In this document: positions 1 through 9,703 of the stretch, one piece after another
Layout of the letters: every line of letters begins with the position of its first letter
Numbering within the stretch: the first letter of the stretch is position 1
Virus record (IMG/VR): IMGVR_UViG_3300045995_000345
Coordinates: 1 to 64,000 of that record
Direction: 5' to 3' (one strand)
DNA length: 64,000 bases
Source of the DNA: a virus
Made by a program: the position numbers and the translations under genes
The notes under the pieces: model-generated
Database searches by the model: none
The model's input: the letters and a program-made list of their open reading frames with translations, nothing else
Told to the model about the DNA's origin: nothing

Positions 1-454
1 CCGGACGGCGCACGTCGAAGAGGCTGGTGTGCTGAAGGTTGGTCCGGGCACCGTGTTCGCCGCCACCATGAATGAGGGCCTGGATTATTCCGGCACGCAC
101 AGCACGGATCGGGCGATGAAGAACCGCTTCTGCCGAAGGATCGAGCTGGATTACCTGCCGGAAGATCGGGAGGTGTCCGTCCTGTGCGACAAGGTTCCCG
201 GAATCAAGAAGCATCACGCAACCATGCTGGTGCAGGTGGCGGGCGTTATCCGAAGCAAGGCCGCCTCATTCGGTGGACTGAGTGAAACCCTCAGCACCAG
301 ACAATTGCTGGCCGCTGCGTCGGACTTCGTAATCAAAGGCGCGGACAGCTTCCGCAGCACAGTGTTCAATCACTTCTCCTCTGATGGCGGTGACACATCG
401 GAACGCAAGCAGGTGGTGAACATGTTCCAACTGAAGGGCCTGCTCTCCAAGTAA
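1..454 (+). CDS. MoxR/CobS/CbbQ-type AAA+ ATPase, C-terminal part (likely truncated by window start)
   Basis: FAATMNEG-DYSGT-DRAMKNRF (sensor I / arginine finger) and LSTRQL (sensor II); directly followed by a vWA gene. Confidence 0.85.
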   Translation, partial: RTAHVEEAGVLKVGPGTVFAATMNEGLDYSGTHSTDRAMKNRFCRRIELDYLPEDREVSVLCDKVPGIKKHHATMLVQVAGVIRSKAASFGGLSETLSTRQLLAAASDFVIKGADSFRSTVFNHFSSDGGDTSERKQVVNMFQLKGLLSK

Positions 455-492
455 ACCCTCACGTTGGAAACTCAGTTTCCAAATCGAAACCT

Positions 493-2841
493 ATGAGCAA
501 GATCAAAGAGAAGAACAAGCCCCGCCGCTGGTGGCAGGATGAACTTGAGGATGACGATCAAGAGGAGAGCCTGCTCCAACAGAGCGACCGTTACCTGAGC
601 CGCTCAACCCTGAGCGAAGAGAAGCGTTATGGCTATGGTTCAGACGCCATGAAGAGCAAGCTCAACGATGCGGCTCTGAGCGTGGCCCGGCTGATGAACT
701 CGGTCCGCAACTCAACGAACGGAACGGAACGTGAGTTGAAGATTCAGTGGGCTGCTAGCCACACCGTAACCTTCAATGAACCTGGAGATGGCAACATCGT
801 CCTGTCCCCTGACTTGGTGAAGGATTCAGACCCGGCCACGCTGGATGGCATCGGCGGCGCCGCTCTGCTGGGTGCGACATTGAAGACAACGATGTCACAA
901 GTTGCACACAAATCTGCCTTAGTGAATCGTCATAACCCTGCCAAGAAGCTGGACGTTGACGTGTGGCAGGCGCTCGAAGAAGGCAAGGCGCGCGAAGCTC
1001 TGCTCTCAGAGTGGCCCGGAGGAACACCCTACCTGTCACGACATGAGAAGCTGGCTGGCCTGACTCAACTGGAACAGGTGCAAGACTTCGTGAGCAGGGC
1101 AGAGGACAAGGTGGCAGCCGCAGTGACGGCGCTCAACTGGACCATGGTTCACCCCATGAAACCGCTCACGATGGAGCCGAGACTGGAAGCGTTGGTTGAA
1201 GAAGTGGCCAGTGAACTTGGTGAAGCCGACAAGACTGCGAGATTCACGGCGGCCGAACAAGCGGTCGCCAAGATCCGCAAGTGGGTTGAGGACACGCCCC
1301 CGCCGCCGCCACCACCACAGCCTGAGCCCGAGCCTGAGCCCGAGCCTGAAGAGAAACCCGAAGAGGAGAAGCCTGAGCCTGAGAAGGAAGAGGATCCTAA
1401 GCCCGAAGAGAAGAAGGACGAAGAGGATCACAGCGAATCCGATGAGGACAAGTCCGAGCGGGAAAGCTCCTACCCAGAAGACAAGGATCCCGACAAGGGC
1501 GAAGGTGAGCCGGAGGAGAAGCCGGACGATAAGGGAGAGGGGGATCCCGAGAAGAGCGAGGACAAGCCTTCCGAAGGTGACAAGGAAGAGTCCGAAGACA
1601 AGGGCGACTCGGAAGAGAAGGGTGACGACAGCGGGGGCGACGGGAAAGGGGACAAGCCAGACAGCGAAGAGAAGTCCGATGAAGAGGGCGAGGGCGAGAA
1701 CAAAGACGAAGAGGGTAAGGGTGGTGATTCCAAGGATGAATCGGACGGCGGCGATAAGAAGGAGAACGGTGACGGCAAGCCTGAAGATTCCAAAGAGGGT
1801 GAAGGTGAAGGCAGCGGGGAATCCGAAGAGCCTGCCGAGCCTGCAACGCCACCACCAACCGCGCAACCCAAGATCACGGACGGGAAGCAGTTCGGTGAAT
1901 ACGTTCCATCCTCAGCGTCTTCAAGCGATGTCCCAGAACCCATGTCCATCACCATCAACCCGGATGACTTGGATAAGCCGATCGTTCCACCTCGATGCAG
2001 TGTTGTTCCGGTTGACTTGATGCCAGTTCAGGCAAGCAACCATCACACTCAAGCTTACGGAGAGATCGCGAAACGAATGCAGCCGATGATCAAGTCGGTC
2101 ATTCAGTCGTTGCACTTCCGAAAGCTGGCTCCTGATTATCCGTTGCACGGACTCAGGTCCGGCGACCTGGATGATGGTTCACTCGATAAGCTGGCCTTGC
2201 GAGAGCAGCACCCGCACATATTCGAGCGGAAAGAGATCGTCTCCATGCCAGACGTGGCCATCGCAATCCTGGTGGACGAAAGCGGAAGCATGGCTGCCAA
2301 TGTGAAAGGTGGACCATCACGTTACGAAACGGCACGCGACATCTGCATCGCCTTGGTTGAAGCGTTACGGAAACTGCAAGGCATCAAGCTCTGCGTTTAC
2401 GGACACACCTGCGACTCACAACGATTTGGAAGAGCTACCGTTTTCGAGTATGTCAGTCCCAATCTGCCGCAGCCTTTCGCGCTGTCTCAGATCACAAGCC
2501 GAAGAAATAACGCGGATGGTTACGCCATGGAATGCGTCATCCGACAACTGCATCGGCATTACCATCATGCCCAACAGAAGATCATGTTCGTTCTGTCAGA
2601 CGGGCAGCCATCCAGCTCAAGTTACGGAGGCAATCTGGCTATGATTCACATGGGCAACGTGTGCCGCTGGGGCCTGTCAAAGTTCGGGATCAGAACCTAC
2701 GGGATAGGGATCGATGGATTGCCCAGTCAAGAGGATGGCATCAAGATGTATGGCGAGGGTCATTTCGTCTGCCTGCCCAACGTAATCGATTCGGCCCGGG
2801 TCATCTCAACGTTCCTGGCCAAGGTAACAGCCAAAGTATGA
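493..2841 (+). CDS. vWA (CobT-like) domain protein with long acidic Pro/Glu/Gly linker; partner of the MoxR ATPase
   Basis: MIDAS motifs ILVDESGSM, NNADG, VLSDGQP; LRSGDLD pre-vWA motif; about 200 aa low-complexity linker. Confidence 0.85.
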   Translation: MSKIKEKNKPRRWWQDELEDDDQEESLLQQSDRYLSRSTLSEEKRYGYGSDAMKSKLNDAALSVARLMNSVRNSTNGTERELKIQWAASHTVTFNEPGDGNIVLSPDLVKDSDPATLDGIGGAALLGATLKTTMSQVAHKSALVNRHNPAKKLDVDVWQALEEGKAREALLSEWPGGTPYLSRHEKLAGLTQLEQVQDFVSRAEDKVAAAVTALNWTMVHPMKPLTMEPRLEALVEEVASELGEADKTARFTAAEQAVAKIRKWVEDTPPPPPPPQPEPEPEPEPEEKPEEEKPEPEKEEDPKPEEKKDEEDHSESDEDKSERESSYPEDKDPDKGEGEPEEKPDDKGEGDPEKSEDKPSEGDKEESEDKGDSEEKGDDSGGDGKGDKPDSEEKSDEEGEGENKDEEGKGGDSKDESDGGDKKENGDGKPEDSKEGEGEGSGESEEPAEPATPPPTAQPKITDGKQFGEYVPSSASSSDVPEPMSITINPDDLDKPIVPPRCSVVPVDLMPVQASNHHTQAYGEIAKRMQPMIKSVIQSLHFRKLAPDYPLHGLRSGDLDDGSLDKLALREQHPHIFERKEIVSMPDVAIAILVDESGSMAANVKGGPSRYETARDICIALVEALRKLQGIKLCVYGHTCDSQRFGRATVFEYVSPNLPQPFALSQITSRRNNADGYAMECVIRQLHRHYHHAQQKIMFVLSDGQPSSSSYGGNLAMIHMGNVCRWGLSKFGIRTYGIGIDGLPSQEDGIKMYGEGHFVCLPNVIDSARVISTFLAKVTAKV

Positions 2842-3032
2842 AAGCCACAACAAGACAACGCGACAAGCGATGGGTCGTCGGCTCAGTGTGGAAGACTGGT
2901 GATCGGAAGGCGACGTTCGAGGTTATCGATCTTGTCCCGCACTTCGCACTGCTCCGCATGATTCAGCCCTACCAAATCAACAAGACATTCCGACAATGCA
3001 AAGTCCCCGACTCATGGATTCAAATCAATTGA
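2838..3032 (+). CDS. hypothetical protein
   Basis: ATGA overlap with vWA stop; MKATTRQRDKRW... Confidence 0.55.
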   Translation: MKATTRQRDKRWVVGSVWKTGDRKATFEVIDLVPHFALLRMIQPYQINKTFRQCKVPDSWIQIN

Positions 3033-3286
3033 AAGCAACCACCACCACACCGCTGGGTCTATGGGATCCAGTCGGACAATGCTGGCTCGGCAATGCTGCC
3101 GGGCCTTTCAAATACACGGGATCGGCGACTGCACAAGCGGCGGCGCTGATTGCAGGAACACGAATGCGCTACCGGATCCACGCCAAGCCAATGGATGAAG
3201 AAGCATTCACGAAGAAGGATGAAGTAACCCCGCCGCTGAACCTGGCTGAAGCGTTCGCGGAGATTGCGAAAGGAAACATCCCATGA
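3014..3286 (+). CDS. hypothetical protein
   Basis: Tightly packed ORF in + strand operon; start uncertain. Confidence 0.55.
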   Translation: MDSNQLKATTTTPLGLWDPVGQCWLGNAAGPFKYTGSATAQAAALIAGTRMRYRIHAKPMDEEAFTKKDEVTPPLNLAEAFAEIAKGNIP

Positions 3287-3528
3287 ATCCCGCTTTCTAT
3301 AACCTACTGTCACGCACCAATCTGCGCATTCCAGATCCCGCCGCCCCGGGTCGTGGGAATAAAGCGGCTCGCCGCGCGATAGCGACAGAGATGGGAAGGG
3401 AACATATTCGCTGGGTTGGTGAGGACATCTACACAGACCGGCCCGCGATTCTAAAACGCGGACACCAACTGCTCATTGCTGATTCATGCAAGGATCCGGA
3501 GGTTGCTCGCATGATACGAGAAAGCTAA
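3283..3528 (+). CDS. hypothetical protein
   Basis: ATGA overlap with previous gene. Confidence 0.55.
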   Translation: MNPAFYNLLSRTNLRIPDPAAPGRGNKAARRAIATEMGREHIRWVGEDIYTDRPAILKRGHQLLIADSCKDPEVARMIRES

Positions 3529-3533
3529 ACACC

Positions 3534-3971
3534 ATGACACTGGACATCATCAAGGCTGAGTTCATCGCCGGCGTGGCAGGCACAACCCGGAGCACGTTCA
3601 AGGTTCTGTTTGGAAACACAGTTTCCAAGCTGAGGGCGGAAGGCGTCACCGATGATCATTGCATTGAGCTGATGCACGCCTGGGGCAGGGAAGCTGGCAT
3701 CACCCGGCAATGGGTCAATGCCTGCCTGCGTGATGGAGGTATCCGGCAGAGAAGGGAGCGCGTTGCTTCGCTGCCCAAGGATGAACCTGAAGCTGGATCA
3801 TCCCCGGCAGTTGAGGTTGCGCCGTCTGGTGGGGAGAAGTTCATCAAGGTGGACATCGCCCACCTGAACGCAACGATCCTTTCCAACATTGTCCTGATTG
3901 CAATAGGCGACAGGGCAGCCGGCGCAACCATGCTGCTCGACGCGTCGGACATCGTGCTCGGTAAACCATAA
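3534..3971 (+). CDS. hypothetical protein
   Basis: ATG at 3534 after previous stop; contains palindrome copy at 3611. Confidence 0.6.
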   Translation: MTLDIIKAEFIAGVAGTTRSTFKVLFGNTVSKLRAEGVTDDHCIELMHAWGREAGITRQWVNACLRDGGIRQRRERVASLPKDEPEAGSSPAVEVAPSGGEKFIKVDIAHLNATILSNIVLIAIGDRAAGATMLLDASDIVLGKP

Positions 3972-3983
3972 CCAACAAACAAC

Positions 3984-4598
3984 ATGAACCCATCGAACTA
4001 CCACCCCACAACTCCTGAAGAATTCATCGGCCAAGCAAATGCCGTGGCGCAACTGCTCCAACGCAAGGCGAACACCGCACTCAGCGGAGGCGACGGTCCT
4101 GTCAAGCTGCTGCTCTACGGGGCAAGTGGAGTGGGCAAGACGCGACTGGCTGAGATGCTGGCCAAGCGCATCGCCCCTCACAAAATCTTCATCGAATCCA
4201 CCAACGGTCGCAACGTCACGATCGACGTAGTTCGCAACTGGATGCAGGCCGCTGCCTACAGGCCGCAAGGTTGGACGGTGAAGATCGTGAACGAACTGGA
4301 CACGGCGCCGGCTGCCGCTCAGGACTTGCTCCTTACTTACCTGGATGAAATGCGTGAAGGCCATGCGTTCATCGGCACCAGTAACATGCAGCTCAACCTG
4401 TTGCAAGAGCGGTTTCAAACCAGACTGCAACAGCTTCCCGTTCAAGCGCCGGACACCGAGACGATCGTTCAGTTCCTCCGCTCCAAGTGGAAGGAGATAC
4501 AGGCAGACGTGGCGGCACAGATTGCAGTCGGATCAGGGGGGAATGTGCGGGCTGCCTTGATGGATGCACAGTCCTACTTGGATTCAATGCCCGCTTAA
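3984..4598 (+). CDS. clamp-loader/RarA-like AAA+ ATPase
   Basis: N-terminal YHPTTPEEFIGQ, Walker A LLYGASGVGKT, Walker B variant IVNELD, RFQTR, GNVRAAL. Confidence 0.8.
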   Translation: MNPSNYHPTTPEEFIGQANAVAQLLQRKANTALSGGDGPVKLLLYGASGVGKTRLAEMLAKRIAPHKIFIESTNGRNVTIDVVRNWMQAAAYRPQGWTVKIVNELDTAPAAAQDLLLTYLDEMREGHAFIGTSNMQLNLLQERFQTRLQQLPVQAPDTETIVQFLRSKWKEIQADVAAQIAVGSGGNVRAALMDAQSYLDSMPA

Positions 4599-4610
4599 CC
4601 AACACACCCT

Positions 4611-5341
4611 ATGGCAAATCAAACACTGACACCTGAAGTTACGGCCGTAATCACCCACTCAACAATCACCGGCAACCAACTCGTGCTGCCTGCCAGCCTC
4701 GAACGCAAGCTGTACGAATCCGTGAACAAGGTGCTCCTGAACGCTGGCGGCAAGTGGAACAGATCAGCGAAGGCGCACGTCTTCAACGGAGATCCCCTTG
4801 CGAAGCTGGGACTGATACTCGAAACCGGCGTGGCCATCGATGAGAAGAAGAAGTGGCAGGCTTTCTACACGCCGCCCGAACTGGCTGATGAGACATCGCG
4901 GCTCTGGCCGACGTGGCTGGGCACATCGTTCTTGAGCCGTCTGCTGGCGAAGGTGCGCTGGCCGATGCCTGCATGAAGGCGGGAGCAATGGACGTTTACT
5001 GCATCGAGATGAACCCAGAGTCAGCAGTCCAGTTGAGAGCCAAAGGCTACTCAACAGTACTCACCTCCAACTTCCTGACCACGCCGCCGGGGTCGGGGTA
5101 CCAGCGCATCGTAATGAACCCACCGTTCACCAAGAACCAAGACATCAAGCATGTGGCGCACGCGCTGACGTGGCTGGCTCCCGGCGGGCTGCTTGTGGCG
5201 GTGATGCTTGGCAACACTGAACGCCCGAAGCTCAAGGAAGTGCTGGATGGATACGACTGGGACTTCATCGAAGTGCCGGCTGGAGCGTTCAAGGAATCTG
5301 GAACGAACATCAAAACCGCAATCCTGACAGTCCAACGCTGA
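4611..5341 (+). pseudogene. N6-adenine DNA methyltransferase split by a frameshift at about 4887-4897
   Basis: Frame 1 gives QAFYTPPELADE; the other frame continues IAALADVAGHIVLEPSAGEG (motif I) and IVMNPPF (motif IV), AFKESGT; removing 2 nt in GATGAGACATC joins them. Confidence 0.8.
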
Positions 5342-5343
5342 AC

Positions 5344-5628
5344 ATGAACATCATCTACAACAAAGACACGAGGGCAGCCTACGCATTCGACACGCCCATC
5401 GAGCCACCGCCAACCGAGGTAGAGCGACAACGCCTCAGTCCCGGGACGTGCGTCATGGAGCGGAAGTATGAATCCGAATGGACGCGCAAGTGCGGAAGGG
5501 TTTCCGTTAAGGATGACTTCAAAGACGTGGCCGTTGTCATTGGCCACGGCTGCGATGAATCCGAAATGGAACAGTTCACCTGGGAAGGAACCATCAAAGA
5601 GTTCGACGAGTCATGGGATATCGACTGA
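5344..5628 (+). CDS. hypothetical protein
   Basis: Operon-packed ORF. Confidence 0.6.
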   Translation: MNIIYNKDTRAAYAFDTPIEPPPTEVERQRLSPGTCVMERKYESEWTRKCGRVSVKDDFKDVAVVIGHGCDESEMEQFTWEGTIKEFDESWDID

Positions 5629-5651
5629 GAATAGAAAGTGAGTTTCTAATT

Positions 5652-6086
5652 ATGAGCACAGAACCAACACCAACACCCATCACCTACCGCTTCTCCACGT
5701 TCCAAGAACTGGTGGACCGAGTGCCAGCCGAAAGCATCCGCGATTGCATGGAGGAGCTGGGAGCGTCATTCGAGGTGGCTAAGGGAACTGCCGAGCTGGC
5801 AACCGACGTGGCCTACGCCTTGGCGGAGCGCGACGGCAAGCCGCGACCACCTTGGCCAGACTCGGTTATCACCCTGCCCAATGAGTTTGAATGGCTGGAT
5901 GACGGGAAGCGTGACATCAAGGTTGACCTTGAGACATCGCCCGGAACACACCTCGTAACAGTCGAACTCGTGAAGGAGAAGCAGTGCGACCACAACGCGA
6001 TGGTTGCGAACGGTGATCCCAAACACGTCTGGAAATGCTCCCGTTGCGGGTGCGTTTACGGATCCACACAGGAGAATAAGGAATGA
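5652..6086 (+). CDS. hypothetical protein with C-terminal Cys/His zinc ribbon
   Basis: ATG 5652; CDH...WKCSRCG. Confidence 0.6.
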   Translation: MSTEPTPTPITYRFSTFQELVDRVPAESIRDCMEELGASFEVAKGTAELATDVAYALAERDGKPRPPWPDSVITLPNEFEWLDDGKRDIKVDLETSPGTHLVTVELVKEKQCDHNAMVANGDPKHVWKCSRCGCVYGSTQENKE

Positions 6087-6343
6087 GCAACCTCAAGAAC
6101 ACCTGTCAGGAGTTTCAAGACAAGATCGCCGCCATCAGCAAGGCTGGCGGAGTTCCAACGGCAAAGGTTTATTCACTGTGGCGCAAGTATCAGCAGCGAT
6201 GCGACTGGTCCGATCAATCGGCTATCCTCTGGGAGTTCGTCCAGTGGTACGAGGAGGAACTTGGTGCCCACGTCCAAGACCTGAGAGAGGCCATGGCAAA
6301 GGTGGATGCCGAACGAATCAGGAAGGAGACGAACAAACCATGA
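6083..6343 (+). CDS. hypothetical protein
   Basis: ATGA overlaps at both ends. Confidence 0.6.
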   Translation: MSNLKNTCQEFQDKIAAISKAGGVPTAKVYSLWRKYQQRCDWSDQSAILWEFVQWYEEELGAHVQDLREAMAKVDAERIRKETNKP

Positions 6344-6585
6344 ACTGCCGCATCTGCAACACCCCATCCGCACCGTGCGAGCTGGCGGACAAGAAGGAAG
6401 ACGGCAAGGGCTTGTGCCTTGCGTGTCTTGTGAAACAGCGGGACGAAATGGTGGCGATGTTCGCTAAATTGAAAGGCGAGATCATAGCCATTGAAGCAAC
6501 CTCCACACTGCCCGACGGAGATGGAGTGAATGTTTCGACTTCGCTGTGGTTTGAAGAGTGGGCGAGGAGGCTAAGCATTCCATGA
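6340..6585 (+). CDS. hypothetical zinc-finger protein
   Basis: CRIC...CLAC; ATGA overlap. Confidence 0.55.
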   Translation: MNCRICNTPSAPCELADKKEDGKGLCLACLVKQRDEMVAMFAKLKGEIIAIEATSTLPDGDGVNVSTSLWFEEWARRLSIP

Positions 6586-6701
6586 GACGTTTCAACTGGC
6601 CGCTTGTTCTGCTGGGGATCGGCAGCCTGATTCTCTGGGCGCTGATTGCCAAGCTTCTCCTTTTCCTATTCAGGCACTTGACCTAATCAGGAACGTGTGC
6701 G

Positions 6702-7121
6702 ATGTCTCCACCCATGACATCACCACGCAAGCCAACCGGGCCTTACGGGCAACTGTTCTGGGCGAGACTGAATCGTTTCTCGCCGCTCCTCTGTAGGTTG
6801 CTGGCCCGGGTGCCAAGGGGCAGACCCCTGGAGTCAACGGAGATTGCCGAACGATCCGGCCTCTCCGTTTCGCAGGTCGATGCCATCAGCCAACAAACGG
6901 ACTGGCGTGGCATCGATCTTCCAACCGCGCACCAGTTCATGCTGGCGTGCGACACGGACCTGTCAAACCGGCAGCACTGCCGGCGAATGCGGATGTTCTT
7001 GAAGAGCCAGCCCAAGCACCGCGAAGGACGGTTCCAACACCTGAAGAGATCACCAAATTGGAAAGTCACTTTCCTACCGTTGTTGGTGAGGCTGGAAAAC
7101 CATGTGAAAGCGAAGAAGTAA
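6702..7121 (+). CDS. HTH DNA-binding protein
   Basis: LESTEIAERSGLSVSQVDAIS resembles an XRE-type helix-turn-helix. Confidence 0.6.
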   Translation: MSPPMTSPRKPTGPYGQLFWARLNRFSPLLCRLLARVPRGRPLESTEIAERSGLSVSQVDAISQQTDWRGIDLPTAHQFMLACDTDLSNRQHCRRMRMFLKSQPKHREGRFQHLKRSPNWKVTFLPLLVRLENHVKAKK

Positions 7122-7613
7122 ATGAGTCAACCACACACACATCTGGGTCAGCCGCAAGACATGTATTACTGCTCCGGCTGCAACCAAGACAAACTCAGGA
7201 GCGAGTTCCCGGACACTGGCGTAACATACCCATTCCCCGGACTCTGCAAAGAATGCGCAAGGGTGGCAGCCAACGAACCGTCAACCGATGCGGAGCAACG
7301 CCTTGGCACCATCCGCAAGATGATCGAGAATCAGATGGGGCCAAGAGCCATGCTCGATTTCAGGTCTGAGTTTATTCGAGTGGTGAAACTCCTGCTTGAA
7401 GTTCGCGACATCGCAGCCCGGGGTGAGCCGATGCCGGACTTCTCCAAGGATGAGCCGAAGAGCGAGGTTGTCTGTTCAATCTGCGGACACAGCACAATCA
7501 CCAACGGCGTGGTGATGGGAAGCTGTAACCAGCTCTGCCCGACGTGCGGCACGGTCACCATTCACATCATCGAGCCCATTGAAAGCACGCTGAGAAAGGA
7601 TGCCAATGAATGA
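7122..7613 (+). CDS. hypothetical protein with two zinc-binding clusters
   Basis: CSGC...CKEC and CSIC...CPTC. Confidence 0.6.
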   Translation: MSQPHTHLGQPQDMYYCSGCNQDKLRSEFPDTGVTYPFPGLCKECARVAANEPSTDAEQRLGTIRKMIENQMGPRAMLDFRSEFIRVVKLLLEVRDIAARGEPMPDFSKDEPKSEVVCSICGHSTITNGVVMGSCNQLCPTCGTVTIHIIEPIESTLRKDANE

Positions 7614-7779
7614 TCCCACCGTCAGGGCTGCGAACTTCTACTTCAAGGCGACACTAGTTGGGTTGGTGATAGGCTGCTTGATCGACATTGCTATGCACAC
7701 GGACGGACCGGAGTTCCCGTTGGCAGTGTTAGTCTTGTGCCTATTCGCCTACCACCACATCGAGGTTTACAAACCATGA
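7606..7779 (+). CDS. small membrane protein
   Basis: Read by hand: MNDPTVRAANFYFKATLVGLVIGCLIDIAM...LAVLVLCLFAY; stop overlaps integrase ATG. Confidence 0.5.
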   Translation: MNDPTVRAANFYFKATLVGLVIGCLIDIAMHTDGPEFPLAVLVLCLFAYHHIEVYKP

Positions 7780-8858
7780 AGCTACTCAGAACAGGCAGCT
7801 CTGACTTCTGGCAGGCAGAGGTTATGACTGAGGACGGCAGCAAGAAGCTGCTCAACACGTTCTGCTCCACCAAGACGGAAGCTCTGGCTGTCGTTGAACG
7901 CTCCAAGCTGGTCGAGCTTGAGACTGCATCCAAGGCGCACCGGCTCACCGCTGAGGTTGTCACCCTGATCACCGCGAACCGCACTGTCACGGTGGAGCAG
8001 GCCATGGAGGAATGGGATGCCTGGATGGTTACCTCCTGCCGGTCGGATAGAACCAGAGTCAACAACCAGACAGACATCCGGCGCTGGATCCAAGACATGA
8101 AGCTGGCCGGCAAGACGATTGGAAGCATCACCACCGATGACATCCGGCTCTGGATCAACAGCGTGGACTCGAAGAACAAGCTGGGCACCCGGAAGCAGAA
8201 GCTCGCCAGTGTTCGGAACTTCATGACGTTCTGCAACATCAAGCGGTACATCCTGAGCGACCCGTCGCAACTGGTGCGGATCGATTACAAGCTGCTGCCG
8301 TTCATCCAGAAGGAGACGAAGCACAAGAAGGTGTTCGCGGATGACGAGATCGAGTTCCTCTTGGGCGTGTGCGCCAATCAGGATCCGCCTTCCGTGAGTC
8401 GTGGATTCCTGCGGGCAGCAATCATCCTGGGCAGAGACTTGGCCTTGCGCCTGGGCGACATCTGCAATCTGGAATGGCCGTGCTTCCAAGGTGACACACT
8501 CGCCATCTGGCAGGGCAAGACTAACACGCGCTTAGAAATTCCAGTTTCTAAGAGGGTCAAGGATCTGGTGGAGTCCTTACCCAGAGAGGACGTCCGGTTC
8601 CTGTTCCCAAAGGAGCGGGCCATAATCAACGACACGAAGCGTCGGGCGAACCTGTCCGTCGCGTTCAAGGTGTTCCTGGATCGGTTCGGATTCAACGGCT
8701 ACAGCTTCCATTGTCTGAGAGCCACACTGGCTACGACGATGGCGAACAATGGCGCCACGCTGACAGACATTGCCGAGAGGCTGGGCCACCACAAGGGCAG
8801 CGAAGCAACCAAGGCTTACGTCCGAAAGGATGGGGCATCGATGGTCAACCAAAGGTAA
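7776..8858 (+). CDS. int: tyrosine recombinase/integrase
   Basis: Catalytic R (LALRLGDI), K (QGKT), HxxR (FHCLRAT), H (LGHH), Y (TKAYV); core-binding domain upstream. Confidence 0.9.
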   Translation: MKLLRTGSSDFWQAEVMTEDGSKKLLNTFCSTKTEALAVVERSKLVELETASKAHRLTAEVVTLITANRTVTVEQAMEEWDAWMVTSCRSDRTRVNNQTDIRRWIQDMKLAGKTIGSITTDDIRLWINSVDSKNKLGTRKQKLASVRNFMTFCNIKRYILSDPSQLVRIDYKLLPFIQKETKHKKVFADDEIEFLLGVCANQDPPSVSRGFLRAAIILGRDLALRLGDICNLEWPCFQGDTLAIWQGKTNTRLEIPVSKRVKDLVESLPREDVRFLFPKERAIINDTKRRANLSVAFKVFLDRFGFNGYSFHCLRATLATTMANNGATLTDIAERLGHHKGSEATKAYVRKDGASMVNQR

Positions 8859-8863
8859 TCAAC

Positions 8864-9364
8864 ATGAACGAACAACCAACTAAAGATAGTCCCCCAACCG
8901 TGCCAGTGCCTCAAGTCAAACATGAACTGGTTCTGTCCAAGTGCGCGAACAATCGGGCAATCAGCGTGTGTATCGCAACGCATCAAGCCCTGGCTTGGAT
9001 CAAGCTGTGCGATTGCTACTTCAACAGGCTGACCGTGGCTTTACTTGCAATGAGTGAAGCCTCCGGGAACAGGCTTCCGATGGACACGGTCCTGATCGTG
9101 CCGGAGTGTTACGACTTCAATGAAGTCTGGAACTTCATCGCCAGCAAACCGTTCGCGCATCAGATGGGGCAGAAACAAAGCGACCCAGATTCGGAAGGCT
9201 GGACCGTTCAAGCCTCCGACTACGACCGTGTGTCCAACGCGCTGCGTGCATTGCGCAACGCTTGCGAGGACAGGCTGCCACCGGGACACTACGAAAAGCT
9301 GGAAGAGGAATGCCGGGAAGCGGACGTGGTGCTGGGCAGAAAGACGAAAGCTGACAAACCATGA
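8864..9364 (+). CDS. hypothetical protein
   Basis: ATG 5 nt after integrase stop. Confidence 0.55.
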   Translation: MNEQPTKDSPPTVPVPQVKHELVLSKCANNRAISVCIATHQALAWIKLCDCYFNRLTVALLAMSEASGNRLPMDTVLIVPECYDFNEVWNFIASKPFAHQMGQKQSDPDSEGWTVQASDYDRVSNALRALRNACEDRLPPGHYEKLEEECREADVVLGRKTKADKP

Positions 9365-9696
9365 CACCCGGCAACTGGGACGAACCACAGGGTCGTGCGG
9401 CACAGGCGGAGGTGCCTGGGGCGACGTGTTCGGCGTCTGATACCCCAATAACCGACCGACTGGAACACGAACAAGAGTGCAACTTCGATGTCGGATGGGA
9501 AGACGCATGTCGAGAACTTGAACGCGAAAGCACGCGACTGCGAAAGGCGCTGAAAACCGTCTTGGCATCAGCGCATCCTCACCCAATGGAAAACGGCGCG
9601 ATGTATGAAGCGTGGGAATTTGCGAAGAAGGCCCTGACGCCGAACACTGTTAATCGCATCACCCCAGTTGACGCCGCTCAAACCGTGAAGCCGTAA
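9361..9696 (+). CDS. hypothetical protein
   Basis: ATGA overlap; SDTPITD...ACRELERE pattern common in phage early proteins. Confidence 0.6.
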   Translation: MTPGNWDEPQGRAAQAEVPGATCSASDTPITDRLEHEQECNFDVGWEDACRELERESTRLRKALKTVLASAHPHPMENGAMYEAWEFAKKALTPNTVNRITPVDAAQTVKP

Positions 9697-9703
9697 AAAA
9701 ACT

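Noticed and set aside
1290-1860. Repetitive GAGCCTGAG/GACAAGGG sequence suggestive of an array
   Set aside because: Encodes the PEPE/acidic linker of the vWA protein; no constant repeat-spacer period
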